A DNA stretch of 64,000 bases, from the NCBI GenBank assembly GCA_964106645.2, contig OZ067041.1. One strand, given 5' to 3'. This DNA is from Podarcis pityusensis. Lineage: Eukaryota. A model generated the notes under the pieces. That model was not told the origin of the DNA. It saw only the letters and a program-made list of their open reading frames with translations, and searched no databases. A program made the translations under genes and the position numbers. Positions 63,800 to 64,000 of this stretch are shown here, in pieces (the stretch's first letter is position 1; the number at the start of each line of letters is the position of its first letter).

Positions 63800-64000
63800 T
63801 GTCAGCTTTGCCTTAATATTTATTTTCTATAAATGTCTGAAGCATTTATATAGCAGTGGGAGATCATTATCATGTATTTTATCAAAACAGAAAGTGTTAC
63901 CTTGTTGAAATTATACTGATATAATTGTTTCAAATGAGCAGATAACAATTTGTAGAACATAAAAACCCATAGCCATACAGAGCACAGGTCAACCACCCGT

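Overview
Vertebrate genomic DNA, almost certainly a squamate reptile and probably a lacertid lizard (inferred from Sauria/Squam1 SINEs, Squam3-like SINEs with (CTT)n tails, Bov-B and lizard-type MITEs). The + strand carries the complete coding exon set of GPM6B (M6b, proteolipid protein/PLP-DM20 family): a proximal first exon (ATG 29879), a 120-nt cassette exon (38847-38966), five core exons (53749-60858) and two alternative terminal exons (61587-61667 and 62932-63081). All have GT-AG boundaries and compatible phases, giving predicted proteins of 261, 284, 301 or 324 aa. The first ~29 kb has no recognisable host exon and is probably intron of a distal GPM6B first exon outside the window, or intergenic DNA. 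The rest is non-coding DNA with many transposons, several with readable target-site duplications (TSDs): a young 5'-truncated L1-clade LINE, Bov-B, L2, CR1, Penelope-like fragments with hammerhead-ribozyme cores, SINEs, and hAT and Tc/mariner MITEs. I found no clearly new multi-gene system. The best leads are (1) an apparent ATG>ATA loss of the first GPM6B start codon that overlaps a 2-codon uORF, (2) a cluster of QKI-type ACTAAY motifs between the PLP-like and M6a-like terminal exons, (3) a hammerhead core in an inverted Penelope insertion, and (4) SINE junctions that appear to record reverse-transcriptase template jumping. Comparisons with human proteins and repeat families are from memory, not database searches. 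Nearly all other ORFs in the supplied track look spurious.
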